Both the position numbers and the translations under genes were made by a program. From Nemertoderma westbladi (taxonomy: Eukaryota > Animalia > Xenacoelomorpha): a stretch of DNA of 64,000 nucleotides. Position 1 is the first letter of the stretch. Every line of letters starts with the position of its first letter. The notes under the pieces are model-generated. The model was given only the letters and a program-made list of their open reading frames with translations. It did not search any database and was not told the DNA's origin. Positions 36,801 through 51,108 of this stretch are shown here, piece by piece. Where the stretch lies: NCBI GenBank assembly GCA_032718475.1, contig JAUCBJ010009084.1, positions 1 to 64,000 of the forward strand, in the 5' to 3' direction.

Positions 36801-39800
36801 TTGTCTCTCCATTCAGACAGCCACAGATAGGGAGGGGTGTTTTGACACAATAAAAATGCCACCATCTCCTGGGGAAAGACGAAGCAAATTTCAGCTGATT
36901 ACTTCTATAAATGAAAGTGTTGCCTGTTCTTTTGACTTTCGTATAAGATTCTCCATCTTATGGAGTGGGTTAGCAGTTATAAATATGAAAATCGATGTGG
37001 TTTTTGAAAAAAATCAGAGGATATTTTGATAAATTATTGCTGAAAAATCCCAAGGATTTTGACATGGCTTAAATACTTCATTATGTTCATGAAAAAACTG
37101 AGATATTTGAGGTGAATTATTGCATTACATAATAACTTTAACTCCAGCCACATTAGCAATACGATGAAACTATAATAAATATTCTAGAACACAACAATAT
37201 TAACAGGGAGATAGGCTACTTATCTCTCCACTCAGACAGCTACAGATAGGGGTGATCTGACACAATCAAAATTCAACCATCTCCAGGTGAAAGACGAAGC
37301 AAATAACAGCTGATTACTTCTATAAATGTAAGTGTTACCTGTTTTTTGACTTTCGTTTAAGTTTCTTTATCTTGTGGACTGGGATAGAAGTCATGAATAT
37401 GAAAATCGATGTGGTTTTTGAAAAAAATCAAAGGATATTATGATTAATTATTGCTGAAAAACACCAAGGATTTTGACAAGGATTTAATACTCATTATATT
37501 AATGAACTAGCTGAGATATTTGAGGTGAATTATTGCATTACATATTAACTTTGGCTCCAGCCGCTTTTGCAATACGATGAAACTATAATAAATATTCTAG
37601 AACACAACAATATTAACAGGGAGATAGGCTACTTATCTCTCCACTCTGAGAGCCTCAAAAAGGGGACGTTCCGACGCAATCAAAATTCATCCATCTCCTG
37701 GGGAAAGACGAAGCAAATATCAGCTGATTACTTCTATAAATGAAAGTGTTGCCTGTTCTTATGACTTTCGTTTAAGATTCTCCATCTTATGGAGTGGGTT
37801 AGCAGTTATAAATATGAAAATTGTGGTTTTTGAAAAAAATCAGAGGATATTTTGATAAATTATTGCTGAAAAACCCCAAGGATTTTGACATGGCTTTAAT
37901 ACTCATATTCATGAAATAGCTGAGAAGTTTGAGGTGAATTATTGTATCACATATTAACTTCGGCTCCAGCCGCTTTGGCAATACAATGAAACTATAATAA
38001 ATATTCTAGAACACAACAATATTAACAGGGAGATAGGCTACTTATCTCTTCAGTCTGAGAGCCTCAAAAAGGGGGTGTTCCGACGCAATCAAAATTAATC
38101 CATCTGCAGGGGAAAGACGAAGCAAATAACAGCTGATTACTTCTATAAATGAAAGTTTTACCTGTTCTTATGACTTTCGTTTAAGATTCTCTATCTCGTG
38201 GAGTTGGTTAGACGTTATAAATATGAAAATCGATGTGGTTTTTTAAAAAAAATCAGAGGATATTTTGATAAATTATTGCTGAAAAACCCCAAGGATTTTG
38301 ACATGGCTTTAATACTTCATTATGTTCATGAAAAAACTGAGATATTTGAGGTGAATAATTGCATTACATAATAACTTTAACTCCAGCCACATTAGCAATA
38401 CGATGAAACTATAATAAATATTCTAGAACACAACAATATTAACAGGGAGATAGGGTACTTATCTCTCCACTCTGGGAGCCTCAGAAAGGGGGTGTTCCGA
38501 CGCAATCAAAATTCATCCATCTCCTAAGGAAAGACGAAGCAAATAACAGCTGATTACTTCTATAAATGTAAGTGTTACCTTTTCTTATGACTTTCGTTTA
38601 AGATTCTCTATCTCGTGGAGTGGGTTAGAAGTTATAAATTAGAAAATCGATGTCGTTTTTTGTAAAAAATCTGAGGATATTTTGATAAATTATTGCTGAA
38701 AAACCCCAAGGATTTTGACATGGCTTTAATACTTCATTATGTTCATGAAAAAACTTAGATATTTGAGGTGAATTATTGCATTACATAATAACTTTAACTC
38801 CAGGCACATTAGCAATACGATGAAACTATAATAAATATTATAGAACACAACAATATTAACAGGGAGATAGGCTACTTATCTGTCCACTCTGAGAGCCTCA
38901 GAAAGGGGGTGTTCCGACGCAATCAAAATTCATCCATCTCCAGGGGAAATACGAAGCAAAGAACAGCTGATTACTTCTATAAATGTAGTGTTACCTGCTC
39001 TTTTGACTTTCATTTAAGATTGTCTATCTCTTGGAGTAGGTTAGAAGTCATGAATATGAAAATCGATGTCGTTTTTTGTAAAAAATCAGAGGAGATTTTA
39101 ATAAATTATTGCTGAAAAACACCAAGGATTTTGACAAGGATTTAATACTCATTATATTAATGAACTAGCTGAGATATTTGAGGTGAATTATTGCATTACA
39201 TATTAACTTTGGCTCCAGCCGCTTTTGCAATACGATGAAACTATAATAAATATTCTAGAACACAACAATATTAACAGGGAGATAGGCTACTTTTCTCTTC
39301 ACTCTGAGAGCCTCAAAAGGGGGTGTTCCGATGCAATCAAAATTCATCCATCTCCAGGGGAAAGACGAAGCAAGTAACAGCTGATTACTTCTATAAATGT
39401 AAGTGTTACCTGTTTTTTGACTTTCGTTTAAGATTCTTTTTCTTGTGGAGTGGGTTAGAAGTCATGACTATGAAAATCGATGTAGTTTTTTGTAAAAAAT
39501 CTGAGGATATTTTGATAAATTATTGCTGAAAAACCCCAAGGATTTTGACATGGCTTTAATACTTCATAATGTTCATGAAAAAACTGAGATATTTGAGGTG
39601 AATATTGCATTACATAATAACTTTAACTCCAGCCACGTTAGCAATACGATGAAACTATAATAAATATTCTAGAACACAACAATATTAACAGGGAGATAGG
39701 CTACTTATCTCTCCATTCAGACAGCCACAGATAGGGAGGGGGTGTATTGACACAATAAAAATTCCACCATCTCCAGGGGAAAGACGAAGCAAATAACAGC

Positions 39801-42800
39801 TGATTACTTCTATAAATGTAAGTGTTACCTGTTTTTTGACTTTCGTTTAAGATTCTTTATCTTGTGGACTGGGATAGAATTTCTGAATATGAAAATCGAT
39901 GTTGTTTTTTGTAAAAAATCAGAGGAGATTTTGATAAATTATTGCAGAAAAACACCAAGGATTTTGACAAGGATTTAATACTCATTATATTCATGAAATA
40001 GCTGAGAAATTTGAGGTGAATTATTGCATTACATAATAACTTTAACTCCAGGCACATTAGCAATACGATGAAACTATAATAAATATTCTAGAACACAACA
40101 ATATTAACAGGGAGATAGGCTACTTGTCTCTCCATTCAGACAGCCACAGATAGGGAGGGGTGTTTTGACACAATAAAAATGCCACCATCTCCTGGGGAAA
40201 GACGAAGCAAATTTCAGCTGATTACTTCTATAAATGAAAGTGTTGCCTGTTCTTTTGACTTTCGTATAAGATTCTCCATCTTATGGAGTGGGTTAGCAGT
40301 TATAAATATGAAAATCGATGTGGTTTTTGAAAAAAATCAGAGGATATTTTGATAAATTATTGCTGAAAAATCCCAAGGATTTTGACATGGCTTAAATACT
40401 TCATTATGTTCATGAAAAAACTGAGATATTTGAGGTGAATTATTGCATTACATAATAACTTTAACTCCAGCCACATTAGCAATACGATGAAACTATAATA
40501 AATATTCTAGAACACAACAATATTAACAGGGAGATAGGCTACTTATCTCTCCACTCAGACAGCTACAGATAGGGGTGATCTGACACAATCAAAATTCAAC
40601 CATCTCCAGGTGAAAGACGAAGCAAATAACAGCTGATTACTTCTATAAATGTAAGTGTTACCTGTTTTTTGACTTTCGTTTAAGTTTCTTTATCTTGTGG
40701 ACTGGGATAGAAGTCATGAATATGAAAATCGATGTGGTTTTTGAAAAAAATCAAAGGATATTATGATTAATTATTGCTGAAAAACACCAAGGATTTTGAC
40801 AAGGATTTAATACTCATTATATTAATGAACTAGCTGAGATATTTGAGGTGAATTATTGCATTACATATTAACTTTGGCTCCAGCCGCTTTTGCAATACGA
40901 TGAAACTATAATAAATATTCTAGAACACAACAATATTAACAGGGAGATAGGCTACTTATCTCTCCACTCTGAGAGCCTCAAAAAGGGGACGTTCCGACGC
41001 AATCAAAATTCATCCATCTCCTGGGGAAAGACGAAGCAAATATCAGCTGATTACTTCTATAAATGAAAGTGTTGCCTGTTCTTATGACTTTCGTTTAAGA
41101 TTCTCCATCTTATGGAGTGGGTTAGCAGTTATAAATATGAAAATCGATGTGGTTTTTGAAAAAAATCAGAGGATATTTTGATAAATTATTGCTGAAAAAC
41201 CCCAAGGATTTTGACATGGCTTTAATACTCATATTCATGAAATAGCTGAGAAGTTTGAGGTGAATTATTGTATCACATATTAACTTCGGCTCCAGCCGCT
41301 TTGGCAATACAATGAAACTATAATAAATATTCTAGAACACAACAATATTAACAGGGAGATAGGCTACTTATCTCTTCAGTCTGAGAGCCTCAAAAAGGGG
41401 GTGTTCCGACGCAATCAAAATTAATCCATCTGCAGGGGAAAGACGAAGCAAATAACAGCTGATTACTTCTATAAATGAAAGTTTTACCTGTTCTTATGAC
41501 TTTCGTTTAAGATTCTCTATCTCGTGGAGTTGGTTAGACGTTATAAATATGAAAATCGATGTGGTTTTTTAAAAAAAATCAGAGGATATTTTGATAAATT
41601 ATTGCTGAAAAACCCCAAGGATTTTGACATGGCTTTAATACTTCATTATGTTCATGAAAAAACTGAGATATTTGAGGTGAATAATTGCATTACATAATAA
41701 CTTTAACTCCAGCCACATTAGCAATACGATGAAACTATAATAAATATTCTAGAACACAACAATATTAACAGGGAGATAGGGTACTTATCTCTCCACTCTG
41801 GGAGCCTCAGAAAGGGGGTGTTCCGACGCAATCAAAATTCATCCATCTCCTAAGGAAAGACGAAGCAAATAACAGCTGATTACTTCTATAAATGTAAGTG
41901 TTACCTTTTCTTATGACTTTCGTTTAAGATTCTCTATCTCGTGGAGTGGGTTAGAAGTTATAAATTAGAAAATCGATGTCGTTTTTTGTAAAAAATCTGA
42001 GGATATTTTGATAAATTATTGCTGAAAAACCCCAAGGATTTTGACATGGCTTTAATACTTCATTATGTTCATGAAAAAACTTAGATATTTGAGGTGAATT
42101 ATTGCATTACATAATAACTTTAACTCCAGGCACATTAGCAATACGATGAAACTATAATAAATATTATAGAACACAACAATATTAACAGGGAGATAGGCTA
42201 CTTATCTGTCCACTCTGAGAGCCTCAGAAAGGGGGTGTTCCGACGCAATCAAAATTCATCCATCTCCAGGGGAAATACGAAGCAAAGAACAGCTGATTAC
42301 TTCTATAAATGTAGTGTTACCTGCTCTTTTGACTTTCATTTAAGATTGTCTATCTCTTGGAGTAGGTTAGAAGTCATGAATATGAAAATCGATGTCGTTT
42401 TTTGTAAAAAATCAGAGGAGATTTTAATAAATTATTGCTGAAAAACACCAAGGATTTTGACAAGGATTTAATACTCATTATATTAATGAACTAGCTGAGA
42501 TATTTGAGGTGAATTATTGCATTACATATTAACTTTGGCTCCAGCCGCTTTTGCAATACGATGAAACTATAATAAATATTCTAGAACACAACAATATTAA
42601 CAGGGAGATAGGCTACTTTTCTCTTCACTCTGAGAGCCTCAAAAGGGGGTGTTCCGATGCAATCAAAATTCATCCATCTCCAGGGGAAAGACGAAGCAAG
42701 TAACAGCTGATTACTTCTATAAATGTAAGTGTTACCTGTTTTTTGACTTTCGTTTAAGATTCTTTTTCTTGTGGAGTGGGTTAGAAGTCATGACTATGAA

Positions 42801-44906
42801 AATCGATGTAGTTTTTTGTAAAAAATCTGAGGATATTTTGATAAATTATTGCTGAAAAACCCCAAGGATTTTGACATGGCTTTAATACTTCATAATGTTC
42901 ATGAAAAAACTGAGATATTTGAGGTGAATATTGCATTACATAATAACTTTAACTCCAGCCACGTTAGCAATACGATGAAACTATAATAAATATTCTAGAA
43001 CACAACAATATTAACAGGGAGATAGGCTACTTATCTCTCCATTCAGACAGCCACAGATAGGGAGGGGGTGTATTGACACAATAAAAATTCCACCATCTCC
43101 AGGGGAAAGACGAAGCAAATAACAGCTGATTACTTCTATAAATGTAAGTGTTACCTGTTTTTTGACTTTCGTTTAAGATTCTTTATCTTGTGGACTGGGA
43201 TAGAATTTCTGAATATGAAAATCGATGTTGTTTTTTGTAAAAAATCAGAGGAGATTTTGATAAATTATTGCAGAAAAACACCAAGGATTTTGACAAGGAT
43301 TTAATACTCATTATATTCATGAAATAGCTGAGAAATTTGAGGTGAATTATTGCATTACATAATAACTTTAACTCCAGGCACATTAGCAATACGATGAAAC
43401 TATAATAAATATTCTAGAACACAACAATATTAACAGGGAGATAGGCTACTTGTCTCTCCATTCAGACAGCCACAGATAGGGAGGGGTGTTTTGACACAAT
43501 AAAAATGCCACCATCTCCTGGGGAAAGACGAAGCAAATTTCAGCTGATTACTTCTATAAATGAAAGTGTTGCCTGTTCTTTTGACTTTCGTATAAGATTC
43601 TCCATCTTATGGAGTGGGTTAGCAGTTATAAATATGAAAATCGATGTGGTTTTTGAAAAAAATCAGAGGATATTTTGATAAATTATTGCTGAAAAATCCC
43701 AAGGATTTTGACATGGCTTAAATACTTCATTATGTTCATGAAAAAACTGAGATATTTGAGGTGAATTATTGCATTACATAATAACTTTAACTCCAGCCAC
43801 ATTAGCAATACGATGAAACTATAATAAATATTCTAGAACACAACAATATTAACAGGGAGATAGGCTACTTATCTCTCCACTCAGACAGCTACAGATAGGG
43901 GTGATCTGACACAATCAAAATTCAACCATCTCCAGGTGAAAGACGAAGCAAATAACAGCTGATTACTTCTATAAATGTAAGTGTTACCTGTTTTTTGACT
44001 TTCGTTTAAGTTTCTTTATCTTGTGGACTGGGATAGAAGTCATGAATATGAAAATCGATGTGGTTTTTGAAAAAAATCAAAGGATATTATGATTAATTAT
44101 TGCTGAAAAACACCAAGGATTTTGACAAGGATTTAATACTCATTATATTAATGAACTAGCTGAGATATTTGAGGTGAATTATTGCATTACATATTAACTT
44201 TGGCTCCAGCCGCTTTTGCAATACGATGAAACTATAATAAATATTCTAGAACACAACAATATTAACAGGGAGATAGGCTACTTATCTCTCCACTCTGAGA
44301 GCCTCAAAAAGGGGACGTTCCGACGCAATCAAAATTCATCCATCTCCTGGGGAAAGACGAAGCAAATATCAGCTGATTACTTCTATAAATGAAAGTGTTG
44401 CCTGTTCTTATGACTTTCGTTTAAGATTCTCCATCTTATGGAGTGGGTTAGCAGTTATAAATATGAAAATCGATGTGGTTTTTGAAAAAAATCAGAGGAT
44501 ATTTTGATAAATTATTGCTGAAAAACCCCAAGGATTTTGACATGGCTTTAATACTCATATTCATGAAATAGCTGAGAAGTTTGAGGTGAATTATTGTATC
44601 ACATATTAACTTCGGCTCCAGCCGCTTTGGCAATACAATGAAACTATAATAAATATTCTAGAACACAACAATATTAACAGGGAGATAGGCTACTTATCTC
44701 TTCAGTCTGAGAGCCTCAAAAAGGGGGTGTTCCGACGCAATCAAAATTAATCCATCTGCAGGGGAAAGACGAAGCAAATAACAGCTGATTACTTCTATAA
44801 ATGAAAGTTTTACCTGTTCTTATGACTTTCGTTTAAGATTCTCTATCTCGTGGAGTTGGTTAGACGTTATAAATATGAAAATCGATGTGGTTTTTTAAAA
44901 AAAATC
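30844..44906 (+). repeat. ~416-bp satellite array; 8-mer higher-order repeat (~3.33 kb) from ~33420 to the gap
   Basis: Identical variant monomers recur at 34472/37799/41122/44448 and 36000/39323/42649. Confidence 0.95.
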
Positions 44907-45006
44907 NNNNNNNNNNNNNNNNNNNNNNNNNNNNNNNNNNNNNNNNNNNNNNNNNNNNNNNNNNNNNNNNNNNNNNNNNNNNNNNNNNNNNNNNNNNNNN
45001 NNNNNN
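44907..45006. other. Assembly gap (100 N)
   Basis: Run of n. Confidence 1.
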
Positions 45007-45757
45007 ATGAAACTATAATAAATATTCTAGAACACAACAATATTAACAGGGAGATAGGCTACTTATCTCTACACTCTGAGAGACTCAAAAAGGGGGTGTT
45101 CCGACGCAATCAAAATTCATCCATCTCCTGGGGAAAGACGAAGCAATACGATGAAACTATAATAAATATTCTAGAACACAACAATATTAACAGGGAGATA
45201 GGCTACTTATCTCTCCACTCTGAGAGCCTCAAAAAGGGGACGTTCCGACGCAATCAAAATTCATCCATCTCCTGGGGAAAGACGAAGCAAATATCAGCTG
45301 ATTACTTCTATAAATGAAAGTGTTGCCTGTTCTTATGACTTTCGTTTAAGATTCTCCATCTTATGGAGTGGGTTAGCAGTTATAAATATGAAAATCGATG
45401 TGGTTTTTGAAAAAAATCAGAGGATATTTTGATAAATTATTGCTGAAAAATCCCAAGGATTTTGACATGGCTTTAATACTCATTATATTCATGAAATAGC
45501 TGAGAAATTTGAGGTGAATTATTGTATCACATATTGACTTCGGTTCCAGCCGCTTTGGCAATACAATGAAACTATAATAAATATTCTAGAACACAACAAT
45601 ATTAACAGGGAGATAGGCTACTTATCTCTTCAGTCTGAGAGCCTCAAAAAGGGGGTGTTCCGACGCAATCAAAATTCATCCATCTGCAGGGGAAAGACGA
45701 AGCAAATAACAGCTGATTACTTCTATAAATGAAAGTGTTACCTGTTCTTATGACTTT
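45007..45757 (+). repeat. ~416-bp satellite
   Basis: Same monomer; includes the same truncated monomer as ~16845-17600. Confidence 0.93.
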
Positions 45758-48700
45758 TGTTAAACAAACTACCCCGGCCTAACCAATAAAGACACAAAAC
45801 TGCTCTATTTATTAGACAGGGCAATCAGGAGCGTATTATTGCTAATGTGAGGGGCTGCTAAATACAAAACCGCTACTTACCATTAGATGGCGCTAACCTG
45901 CCGTCCGCTAATATGTTTTACTAATTTTCTACGGCTCCTGCTAATTTCTTGTTCCTTTCTCTACCAATTACTCGATAGAGAGCTAACTGTTCGAATATAT
46001 GAGCCACGCGGGAATAACCAAAACAACAAACCCGAATCGGCTCCCTAAGCTGACTTAAAACGAGTGTGAGAGGTTTTACACTCAGAGTATATTCTTACGC
46101 CTAATCTTACTGTTAAAGTATGCCAATGCCTACGTCTTTTCTAATCGCGAATACTGGGGGTTCCCTAACGGAATGTGTGAATGCGAGAATATTTAAAATA
46201 ATCAAAGTGGTACAGTGTTTATTAGGGCTAATACCTATAGTGGGACTAAACTTGTCTGCGGCTGGCTTTAGGCCAGCAAATTACTAATGCGTTTTGCGTA
46301 CTGAATACTGCTATCCAGTAAGCAAAGTCTAGCTTATTGCCCGCTAATTCAAATAACCGCTCAGCGTGAATAGTTTACGGTACTCTAATTATTACCTTAG
46401 CTACTCTCCGCTATGCTGCGTACTAATTCTTAATTTTACTAATTAATTACAGTCACAAATATGTAACAGCCTAAAATACTGTATTACTTTGACCTAATCA
46501 GTAATTATTTACAGTAAACTAAGAGATAGAAATCAATCAAAGGGAAAAGAGCGCCTATCTAAGCATTCGTAATCTTAGGCACACTTTAGTAACACACCAA
46601 TCAGCGTCAGCAATCACAGCTCGCAATGCGCGATTCACAATTGTACAATCCGCAATGCACGCAATTAGCAATTACACAGCACAATATAATAATTCGCAAT
46701 ACATGCAATTCGCAATTGTAAAGCACGCAGACCTCTCCCGGGTACATCTAGGCTTCCTAACTAACCCAATTCCTGCCCCCCTAATACTAAATAGAGACAA
46801 AACCTGGATCATCAGCCCCCTAATTACTGTACCAGCGAGCTGCCCCCACGCTACAATGCAAATTGCCCGACCGCAACGGTGACCCCCCGCCAGCGTTGCT
46901 CGCCTTTGAATCCTCCGCTCCCTTCGTCGCTAACCCCCCGATGTGCCCACCGCCCACTGGCGCCTTAGCCCTCCATTATGCTAATAGCTACCGTAGCGGC
47001 GCATGCAAATCACAAAGTCTGACAGTCTCAGAAATCCCTTAGGATTATTGCGCAGAAAGGAATCACATAGAACCATTAATCAAAAGGTAGAAATCATAGT
47101 TCCAGTTGTAATTTGCAGTAATCGAAGGAATTAATTGAGAAACACAATCAAGAGTAATCGCACTAGCAAATCATTTTGAGATTAATCGAAAAAGCAAATT
47201 GCAGAACATACGCTAAAATATCCGTCAAAATTGAATAGAGACAGCTCAGCAAGTACAAGGTGATAGCAGATCATGTGAGGTGTCATGTGAGGCTCTACCG
47301 GCACACCGCCAATTTATAGGTGATCCGGATGGGGTGATGCAATAGGGTGACTCAATCGCTCTCCTATTGGCTCTCCAGTCCGTGCTAGCATTAGACCAAC
47401 CTGGAAGCAGTTAATCCAATAAGGAGGCCGGATTGTAGCCCTATTGCCTGCCCAAACCTCAAATTATTACCATATATGGTAATGGTTCACGTCCCTGGCT
47501 GCTGAGTGGCCAGGACAGCGTCCCTATATGCTAGCCCTATCGATGCTAATATCAGCAAGCACAAAATCCAGGGTCCGAATAAACTCGCTACCCTGGAACT
47601 ATCTACATATATCCTAATACAAAATTACGTAGGTAGGGCTACATACTATACAAAATGGATGGATTCAAATATATGGGTGTTTCGATTTCCCTATCTAAAT
47701 ACTACTGCGTTATTATGCCTTATCTAAAATATTATGCTGCACAACGGACTAATATTACATACAGTATAACGGACTAATATTGTGTACAGTATAACGGACT
47801 AATATATTATACTGCATAATGGCTAATAATGTGGATACAGCGCCATATACCATAACACCGCTCCAAGGGAAATCATATAATGTTTCCCTCCAATTGTAGA
47901 AGAGTATAAGGTGATGTATACAAACAAAATAAATTTCTTCCAACTAATCTAAATACTTGATACTATAAATCCTACTATTTACAAATATTGCTATAGATAT
48001 TGCATAATGAATTGCATACAAATTAAATTTACAAAATATTATCTCTCTCATTGTTAACGATTATTACATACAAATTAAATTTACAAAATACTGTTTCTCG
48101 TTCGTTCTACATAATGATTACTACATACAAAATTAAATTTACAAAATATTACTTCCTTTATTTATTTACAAATTGACGGTCTACATATTGAAATGGAACA
48201 TGGCTAGGACAATGTCCCCCATTTCCCATCTCAAATTAACGATCAACATTAACAAGATAAACTAAATATAAACGTATTTGAGGCTAAATTTTTAACTAAA
48301 TTGCATTAAAGGCCGATAATCAAATTAAATATAAAATACGTAATAATTTCTTTCATTTTCGGACTTTACTTAATTTCTTATAAAAAACGCAAATCACCTT
48401 GGTTTGATGATTGCTCAGGTAAGTGATAGGAGTAAGCCAAACCCGCGGGTTTGTCTCCCCAATCACTTCCTTTGCCTCTTTCAATAAACTTTAGAGCAAA
48501 TAAAGTCATATACACAAAATCAAATATAGTTAAAGTATTTACTATTTCCAATCGGACTACAAAATAAAAGTATTTCCTTTCAATATTTTTCGGCCTTCGA
48601 AAATAAAATTCTAAAACATGGATACGACTAGTGTATATGAGTCCAGTCGAATGATTGATCAAAACCTACGATATACATCAGAGCGACGATGATGTATATG

Positions 48701-49054
48701 TCTAGAGTATGTCGCTCCGTGATATTATAGTCTCATCGGCTAGCTCCTGGGTCTCTCGGGCTCGCTCCCTTCTCCAGATACACCAGTCTACCCCCTGTAG
48801 ACTCTGTTGACGGCGTCCTTGAGGCGTCACTTCCCGGAACCGGCGACGACGTTCCCTGGGCACCGACTATCTCCTGACTGGTGCTCCTCCCTCGGCCTCG
48901 TCCCATTTGCCGTGTCCCTGTGGGCGCCTCCGCCAACTCCTTTTCTTCAACCGTCGAATAGAACTGCTCGTCCTTGGCTTGACGCTTGCCAAGGACTCCT
49001 CCTTCTGGTACTTGCCGCGAGCTGTGAGCTCCGGCTGTTGTCGCTGTGGGGCTG
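45758..49054 (-). mobile_element. Diverged inverted fragment of family A: end of accessory ORF, 3'UTR, LTR, start of 5'UTR
   Basis: Reverse complement aligns to ~2230-6490 minus the piggyBac-like insertion; ORF end RLVYL..GASPRDPGA. Confidence 0.9.
46462..47857 (-). repeat. LTR of family A (second copy)
   Basis: TGTTATGG...TGTTACA on the minus strand; same flanks as 2819-4250. Confidence 0.7.
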
Positions 49055-50645
49055 TTATCTCTTCACTCTGAGAGCCTCAAAAAGGGGGTGTTCCGACGCA
49101 ATCAAAATTCATCCATCTGCAGGGGAAAGACGAAGCAAATATCAGCAGATTACTTCTATAAATGAAAGTGTTACCTGTTCTTATGACTTTCGTTTAAGAT
49201 TCTCTATCTCGTGGAGTTGGTTAGAAGTTATAAATATGAAAATCGATGTGGTTTTTTAAAAAAAATCAGAGGATATTTTGATAAATTATTGCTGAAAAAC
49301 CCCAAGGATCTTGACATGGCTTTAATACTCAATTATGTTCATGAAAAAACTGAGATATTTGAGGTGAATAATTGCATTACATAATAACTTTAACTCCAGC
49401 CACATTAGCAATACGATGACACTATAATAAATATTCTAGAACACAACAATATTAACAGGGAGATAGGCTACTTATCTCTCCACTCTGGGAGCCTCAGAAA
49501 GGGGGTGTTCCGACGCAATCAAAATTCATCCATCTCCTAAGGAAAGACGAAGCAAATAACAGCTGATTACTTCTATAAATGTAAGTGTTACCTTTTCTTA
49601 TGACTTTCGTTTAAGATTCTCTATCTCGTGGAGTGGGTTAGAAGTTATAAATATGAAAATCGATGTGGTTTTTTGTAAAAAATTTGAGGATATTTTGATA
49701 AATTATTGCTGAAAAACCCCAAGGATTTTGACATGGCTTTAATACTTCATTATGTTCATGAAAAAACTTAGATATTTGAGGTGAATTATTGCATTACATA
49801 ATAACTTTAACTCCAGGCACATTAGCAATACGATGAAACTATAATAAATATTCTAGAACACAACAATATTAACAGGGAGATAGGCTACTTATCTGTCCAC
49901 TCTGAGAGCCTCAGAAAGGGGGTGTTCCGACGCAATCAAAATTCATCCATCTCCAGGGGAAATACGAAGCAAATAACAGCTGATTACTTCTATAAATGTA
50001 AGTGTTACCTGCTCTTTTGACTTTCATTTAAGATTATCTATCTCTTGGAGTAGGTTAGAAGTCATGAATATGAAAATCAATGTCGATTTTTGTAAAAAAT
50101 CAGAGGAGATTTTAATAAATTATTGCTGAAAAACACCAAGGATTTTGACAAGGATTTAATACTCATTATATTAATGAACTAGCTGAGATATTTGAGGTGA
50201 ATTATTGCATTACATATTAACTTTGGCTCCAGCCGCTTTTGCAATACGATGAAACTATAATAAATATTCTAGAACACAACAATATTAACAGGGAGATAGG
50301 CTACTTGTCTCTCCATTCAGACAGCCACAGATAGGGAGGGGTGTTTTGACACAATAAAAATGCCACCATCTCCTGGGGAAAGACGAAGCAAATTTCAGCT
50401 GATTACTTCTATAAATGAAAGTGTTGCCTGTTCTTTTGACTTTCGTATAAGATTCTCCATCTTATGGAGTGGGTTAGCAGTTATAAATATGAAAATCGAT
50501 GTGGTTTTTGAAAAAAATCAGAGGATATTTTGATAAATTATTGCTGAAAAATCCCAAGGATTTTGACATGGCTTAAATACTTCATTATGTTCATGAAAAA
50601 ACTGAGATATTTGAGGTGAATTATTGCATTACATAATAACTTTAA
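49055..50645 (+). repeat. ~416-bp satellite (~4 monomers)
   Basis: Same monomer; shares diagnostic variants with ~32225-33815. Confidence 0.93.
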
Positions 50646-50850
50646 CCCTTTCCGGCCTGAATTATTTTAATTTAGGAAAAAAAATTGGTTGGTGTTGTTA
50701 ATGGGTTAATTATACACCAAATAATAATTTTCGATGAAAAAATTTTCAAAAAATTATTTCCAATGTTGTTTTTTTTATTGTATACAAAAGTATACGTTAG
50801 GTATATGAAACATGTTCCCAATGTATACTTTTGTATACGAACTCTAGATT
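50646..50850. mobile_element. Probable single end of a piggyBac-like element
   Basis: Satellite stops exactly at TTAA followed by CCCTTTCC; no matching right TIR seen; right boundary approximate. Confidence 0.45.
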
Positions 50851-50892
50851 GTAAGTACTTACTTACATACATACATCGTATAGTAAGTATAT

Positions 50893-50927
<35 letters not shown>

Positions 50928-51108
50928 CAAGGTAAGTTTGACATTTGGACATTTCGACATTTTGACATTTCGACATTCTGACTTTGTTGATTTATTTGTA
51001 CCGGTTAGGGTATATATATACTATATATACCAAGGTAAGGTTGACATTTCGACATTCAGATACTTTGACGTTTTATTACCCGTACTTGACGCATATAATA
51101 AGACATGA

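Noticed and set aside
15265-45561. Recurrent 60-86 aa ORFs in the satellite (e.g. MPKRLEPK..., MFRRNQN...)
   Set aside because: By-products of the repeat; not called as genes
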